Below, in pieces: positions 35,826 through 64,000 of a stretch of 64,000 nt of DNA. The stretch's first letter is position 1. Each line of letters starts with the position of its first letter. Made by a program: the position numbers and the translations under genes. Origin of the DNA: Amoebidium appalachense (Eukaryota; Protista; Ichthyosporea); the NCBI GenBank assembly GCA_963693365.1, contig CAVNZM010000001.1:1580373-1644372 (forward strand), given 5' to 3'. Below the pieces are notes generated by a model that searched no databases, had not been told where the DNA came from, and was given only the letters and a program-made list of their open reading frames with translations.

Positions 35826-38421
35826 ACACAACACAATACCCCCCCCCCCCCGGACCCCCCTCCCCTCCCCTCCACCCCCCCCCCCGACCCAAACCTCCCC
35901 CTACCCGAAAAAGAGGGGGAAAAAAAGCACCCCCCCCCCCCCCCCTCCCCCCCCTTCCACTCCCAAACCCCACCTCCGTCCCCCACCAAAAAAAAAAAAA
36001 AAAAGGAAAAAAAAAAAAAAACCTCACCTGCTGGCCCTTATCATCACCCCCCGCCGCCATCTGTACCCCCGGTGTCATAACCAACAGGGTTGGGTCTGAT
36101 GGAGTCAAACAGTGCTGGGCAATAAACCCCATTACAAAATCCTTGTGCTGATTGGCTAGCTCAACACACTTGGTCGTGTATGCTCCCGTTGCCATGGAGC
36201 CCTTGGAGCTGTGATAATTAGCCAATGAGAAACGGTGGGTGGGTGGGTTGGGTGGGTGGGTGGGTGGGTGGGTGGGTGGGTGGGGGGGGGGGGGGGGGGG
36301 GGGGGGGGGATGGGGGGATTGGGGTGGCGGTGGGATGAGGGGGCGGGGGGGGGGGGATAACTAGGAAAATGGGAAGCGAGACGGACATGCCGCGTAAGCG
36401 GATGGAGGGGAAGGAGGGGGGGGGGGGGGGGGGGGGGGGGGACACAGCAACACAGGGATAAAGAGGGGGCGGGGGGAGGAGAGAGAGAGAGAGAGGGAGG
36501 TGCCTTGGGGGGAGGGGGGGGGGTCTTTGTTCCTGCTTGTTCAATTGCTCTCCTATTAGTAAATTCTTTTACAAATAAATAGAAATAAATAGAATATATC
36601 CTATTTATGTGTGGTTTGCCTGTTGCTTGAAGTTTTCTCCTGAGTGCTGATTGGCTTGTTTTGTGCAAAATCGGAATCTGTTTTTTTTAAAAACCAATTT
36701 CCACACCTCATCACGGCCAAATGGAGCAGTCCCCATAAAATTTGAACCCATTTCCTCGCCTCCTCCCAGCAACAGGAGCAGTCCCAACACATTTTTAAAT
36801 TTAAACTCTTTTATAATCATGTCCTCACCTCATCTCAGCCAATAGGAGCAGCCCCCTGCCCAGGGGCTTTCCAACCTCCTTGAGCCCGTCGATGATTCCC
36901 GGGCCAGGCACAATGTGAGCATTGGTAATGTGGGCCCAGCTGGCAATGTGGTACACCCCGTCACGGTATTGGTGCATCACCGTGTTGCCTGTTATGGAAG
37001 GTGGGGGCGAGAGGGGGGGCGGGGTGGGTGGGTGGGTGGGTGGGGGGGGGGGGGGAGGGGAGAGGAAGGGGGAGGCGTAGAGGAGAGGGGCGGCGGGGGA
37101 GGGGGGTGGGGTGGGTGGGGTGGGGTGGGGGGGAAGGAGAATGTGTGTGTGTGTGTTGGGGGGTAGGGGAAGAGTCGGGGAGGGGGGGAGGTTTGGAGTA
37201 CAAGATAGAGAGAAGGCTAGGAAGGGGGCTGATGGAGGAAGTATACCTGTGGCCGTGTGTGGTGTGTGTGTGTTCGTGTGTGTATGTGTGTGTGTGTGTG
37301 CCCAGGGGAGAGCAAGTGTTTTGTCTTACTGTGTGTCTCTCTCTGTGTGTATGTGCGTGCATGTTTGCGTGTGTGTGTGTGTGTGTGTGGGAGGGGGAGG
37401 GGGGGGGAGAGGGGGGGGGGGGGGAGGGGGATGATGAGGTGTGGGAAAAAGCAGGGCAGAGGGGAGAAGTGGCAGAACCGGCAGTTGGAGTGGAGTGCAC
37501 AGAAAACAGACACGTAGACGTCATATTGTCTGAGAGGTTTACCATCTATCATAACTTGAACCCCCGCCTAGCTATAGACCAAACAGCCCCCCCCCCCTCC
37601 CCCAAAAATAAATAAATAAATAAATAAAAATAAAGATAAAGATAAAGAAAAAGAGAAGAAACGAACAGGCAAGGAAAAAGCAAAAAAGTGAAAAGAACGA
37701 GAAAACCATAGGAACTTCCTTCATCCATTGCACATACTTCATCCATCCAATCAAGAGAACTCTATACCTACCCTCCCCCTCCCCCTCCCCCCTCCTCTCC
37801 CCCAACCCCACCGCCTCCTGCCACCCTCGCTCTACCTTTTCTCTCTCCACCCCTCTCCCCCCCCCCCTTTCTCCCTCGCTCCCTCATCCCCTTCTCCTCT
37901 CCCCCCCCCCTCCCCCCCGCACTTCCCATTCTCCTCCCTTTCCCCCCCCTCCCAACCCCCCCCTCGCCCTACCTCCCCCCCCCCCTCCCCCCCCAAAAAA
38001 ACTAACCCCCTCCCTCCCCCTCGCCCTACCTCCCTCCCCCCCACACACACACTGCTTACCCTTCACCGACCTTCCCCCCTCCCCTCTCCCCTTCCCCATC
38101 ACTCCTCTCCCCTACTCCCCTCGTCTTCCTTCTCCAGCCCCACTCCCTCCTAACCCTCATTAAAAGGACCACCGCCACCCCATCCTCCCTTCCACTTCAA
38201 AAAGTTCCCAAACAGAGCTTATGTGGTGCGAAGTTGATAAACGGAGCTAATAATTAAAACGTACAATCAAAACACTTCAAAAACCAAATAGTCCAAACAT
38301 AATTATCTAAACTGCAATCATTCTTGGATTTGGATTTGAGACTCGGTGCATATAAGGTGGGAAAAAACACAGGAATGTCTGTCGTGGGGCAAGACGCCAG
38401 GGAGAAGGAGAGAGAGAGTTC

Positions 38422-38474
<53 letters not shown>

Positions 38475-38865
38475 GGGCAAGGGGGGGGGGGGGGGGAGGA
38501 AGAAGGGGGGGGGAGGGGAGGGGAAGGGGGGGGGGGGGAGCTTGGGAAGGAGAAGGAAGCGAGCGTGTAAACGTACCAATATCAGCGAACTTCCGGTCCT
38601 CAAAAATCATGAAGTTGTGCTTGGCCGCAAGCGCAGAAATCTCGTCCACAAAAGCGGAGGAAAAGTCATTGATTATGTCAACATGAGTTTTGAGCAAGCA
38701 CATGTATGGACCAAGAGTGTCTGCAAGTTTCAGGAGCTCCGATGCGCTTGTGAGGTCTGCGCTCACACAGAGATTGGTCTTTTTTTCTTCCATGATTTGA
38801 AGCAGTTGCTTGGTGACGGGGTTTTCGCACAGGGGGATGCGAGCGCTGTAGCTGAGTGTAGACAT
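34730..38865 (-). CDS. URA3: Orotidine-5'-phosphate decarboxylase, monofunctional, 259 aa; exons 38865-38577, 36988-36829, 36208-36028, 34879-34730
   Basis: Motifs [70 protein letters not shown]. The exons sum to 780 nt with consistent phases. Confidence 0.97.
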
Positions 38866-39516
38866 GGTGATGAGGGGATGAGGGATGGCGAGCAAGAATA
38901 AGTGTTTTATGTGGAATCTTTTGGTGTGTATCAGGGTTTCTTGCGTTTACTACTAGAACCAAAAGGTCAAGAAAGAACTAATGTCACAAGCAGCCGATCT
39001 TTCGTTTTGCCTTCAAGAGAGTCTAAACGTCTACTCTGTGAGACACCCTGTACTCTTTACGAGGGTTTTCCTTCAAGTTGTGCGTGCACGTGTATGTGCG
39101 GGCCAGGGATGTTACGTAATAGTTACGATAACTATTTATAGTAGTATAAATAGGCAAATGATTGGTGAAATGGTGCGGGTTGGCGCGAAGACCCCGATTC
39201 ACTGTGAAGGCTTTTGCAAGCTTTTGCAAACAGGCGAGGGAGGCCGGGAGTTAACATATCATACATCTTTTTTGGAAAGGAAAGGATGTATGCATGCATA
39301 CACTAATAGAGTTGTACTAATAGAGTAGGGGTATGTGTGAATATTAGAAAACGACCCCTTCTAAAGCAAAGTGATATTGGCGCATCTTTCGAACTACCGT
39401 TTTCAGTTGGGCCAAGCGATGTCGTTTCTTGTTCCAAGCCTCAACATGCCCACGGCACTCCAATAGCGTTTTAAACCTTCCTAAAGCACAGCATTCACTC
39501 TTCATGAAGCCCGAAA
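38866..39516. promoter_or_regulatory. Bidirectional promoter between URA3 and the PPR gene
   Basis: 650-bp microsatellite-free spacer between divergent ATGs; TATAAATA ~39145, TGATTGG ~39159, TTGGCGCGAA 39180. Confidence 0.6.
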
Positions 39517-56600
<17,084 letters not shown>

Positions 56601-57228
56601 CAGTGTAGTGTGAATGGGGATATATATGTAGAGATGTGTGGGTGTGGTTGGGTGGGTGGGTGGGTGGGTGGGTGGGTGGGTGTGTGTGTGTGTGTGTGTG
56701 TGCGTGCGTGTGTGTGTGTATAAAGGTGAGTATAGTGATTAGGGTTTACTCATTTCCCGTGTGTAGGAGCATGTTCCATAGATGGTGTATTTATGTGTTA
56801 TTCTCGTATGGTTTAGCGCTCCGTATATCGGATATATGCACTTCATGTATGGTACTTTGCAATTTAAAGTAATTTATTCCCTCTCTATATAAGGGTAACT
56901 CGCACTCCATATATAGTAAATTCCACTCATTGTAGAGTAATTTGCACTTTTATGTATAGTAACACCGACTCCTTATGGTACGTATCCTTCGGTCCGTGTA
57001 TGGTAACTCAAATGCTCTTTTTTCAAGTCATACTATATGATTGCCGAATTCAGTTTAGTATAGCCTTACCTTCTCTGTGTGAAGAGAATCATAAAGGGGA
57101 TTGTTTGCCGAAAGTGTTTTGGATAATAACATAGGTTTTATTGAGGGGTCGGAAATACCACTCCAATATAAGTGTAGCTTCCCTCGGATCTAGAAGGGTG
57201 TGTGTGTATTTTGGGGGGGGGGGGGGGG

Positions 57229-57262
<34 letters not shown>

Positions 57263-58773
57263 ACGTGTACCATGTTAGAAGAATGAGTTTAAAAGCAAAT
57301 AAAATTCCATTGTTAAGCATAGTTCTTTTTTTCACATGCTGTTATAAGCATGGTTTGCCATCAACATGTAAATGATTTGGGTCATATGTGCTTGTTTTGT
57401 TGTGTACATATGGCATTGCACGAATGAAAGATGAGTGGGTCCGATACACACCCGAATACAGCCCGGTGTTTGCTACGTTGGAAAACGTGTTATATAACGA
57501 ATGGATAATACATGGGGTATGTATAAGTATGTGTTTCCAAATAAATTGCGCCAGGTGAATAATGAGCACTCACCCACCCGTTATTGGAGTGTGTGTTCGT
57601 GTTCCCTACAGTACGTGTGTGTGTGTGTGTTTCCGGGACATAATAAAAACTAGACACACCACCATGTCAACGATACCATAAATTTTGCCTAAAAATGAGA
57701 CTACCCTATACATAGTACTACTAATATTAGTGTATTGCTAAGCAGATATCACCTTTTGAAAGTGATGCCCCCCATACAAGATATTTTTAGGCTATTCAGC
57801 AATATTTGTATTATCTGAATATCTTGTCATATATCTAGCTTTGTACTCAGTCTATGCTTTTCGGGTGATTACAGTTTATAAGACAATTCATGCTATCCAT
57901 GAATTCCTGTTGATAGGTGTGTATAGTACTAAAGGTATTTGAATACACAGAATAATTTACGAACTTCGAATTCAGGTTCTATTCCTGTAATTTTTTTGAT
58001 CATGATTGGTGCGGGTGCACATTCTCCGGTTACACAGTAACCTGCAAAGCAGTGGACTTTTCGACTGACAAGAGTTATAGAAAAGTATGGCATGAATAAT
58101 GATAGGTTTTCGTTAACACCAATAACTGTTATAGATTTTCCAATTAGTGTTTTTAAGCTCAAACTGTAATGTTTTTCAACTATCGCTTATAACGCCAAAA
58201 TGCACTCTTACCCTTATAATTCGAATATGGATAGTCACAGATAGGATAGGGTATAATTGACCGCTCATTTGTTCATTCAATTAAAAAACCCGTACAAACT
58301 ACTAATATTAGTAAACCCCCCCCACCCCCCCCCCCCTTAGTATTTCCCCCCCCCCCCCCCCCCCCCACCACCACCACCTCTCCCCCCTCCCCCTCCCCAC
58401 CACCCACATTCCCCCCCTCCCTTCCCTCCTTCCTCCCCCCCCCTCCCCCTCCCCCCCCCCCCCCCTCTCCCACGCGAGGCTATTTCTTGCTCTCTTCCCC
58501 CCCCCCCCCTCCCCCCCCCCCTTTGAACCACCACCACCACCACCGCTAACATCACCCCCGGGCATACCGCTTAATATGTCAATGTACTCACGATATATCA
58601 AACGTGTATCACCAATATACCGTTACACGGTTGGTATCCTTCTCTAGACTCTAGACCAACCCGATAAACCTTTGGATTAAAAAACACGGAAAACACCAGT
58701 AAATCTGGCAAAACCGGACAACTTCAACCGACTTTCCTTTTAAACATATCCAATAGTCACGCCCCTTTAAAAC

Positions 58774-63524
<4,751 letters not shown>

Positions 63525-64000
63525 CTGTGGGTGTGATAGGGGGGAAGGAAGGGGGGTGAAGGGAGGGGGGGAGGGAGGGGGGGGGGGGGGAGGGGGGGGG
63601 GGGGAGGAGGCAAGGGAGATGGAAAGAGGGCGGGAGATGGAGACGGAGAGGGAGAGCAGAGAAGGTGGGGTTGGTGGGGTGGAGTTGAGGGGAGGAGGAA
63701 GGGAGGGATGGGGGGCGGTTAGCATTCGGTACATACTGCGAAGAAAAGATACGGTACCAGTGTTGCAAAGATTAAAAAAAGAAAGGCTAAAAAAAAAAAA
63801 CAAAAAAAAAACTATGCAACTTGAGTGGAGCCTACAATCTCAGGAAGGGCCCTACTCATTCACAGTATCCGAGTTCGGATCCATGCACCTTATTTGCAAC
63901 TAATTCAATTGCTAAGGGGGGAGAGGGAGATTTTTGGATGGGGGGGGGGGGGGGGGGGGGGTCAAGGCTATGGGAGGCAGCTTCATGTATCCACAAATAG

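Overview
This is eukaryotic genomic DNA. Short exons sit in 0.3-2 kb introns built largely from poly-C/poly-G, (CA)n/(GT)n, (GA)n and oligo-A/T tracts, so almost all ORFs in the supplied track are low-complexity artefacts. Splicing by hand on GT-AG boundaries with phase checks gives: a Tim9-type small Tim chaperone (-), an intact 5S rRNA directly behind a degenerate tRNA-like A/B-box element (+), an intronless C2H2 zinc-finger gene (+), a macoilin/TMEM57-like gene (+), a disabled secreted thioredoxin (-), a monofunctional URA3-type OMP decarboxylase (-) head-to-head with a 17-exon mitochondrial PPR gene (+), and the 3' part of a FUSC/aromatic-acid-exporter-like membrane protein (-). This gene mix suggests a unicellular opisthokont, possibly ichthyosporean-like (inference only). 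The most unusual signals are (i) the tRNA-like::5S cassette, (ii) an apparent non-standard intron code (poly-C right after donors, (CA)n-AG acceptors without a pyrimidine tract, fold-back introns, CCAAT/ATTGG words at exon edges), (iii) repeated local duplication of splice junctions, and (iv) a family of G-tract-bounded intronic elements ending in AGAGCCCATC. All identifications are by eye from remembered family motifs; no searches were run.
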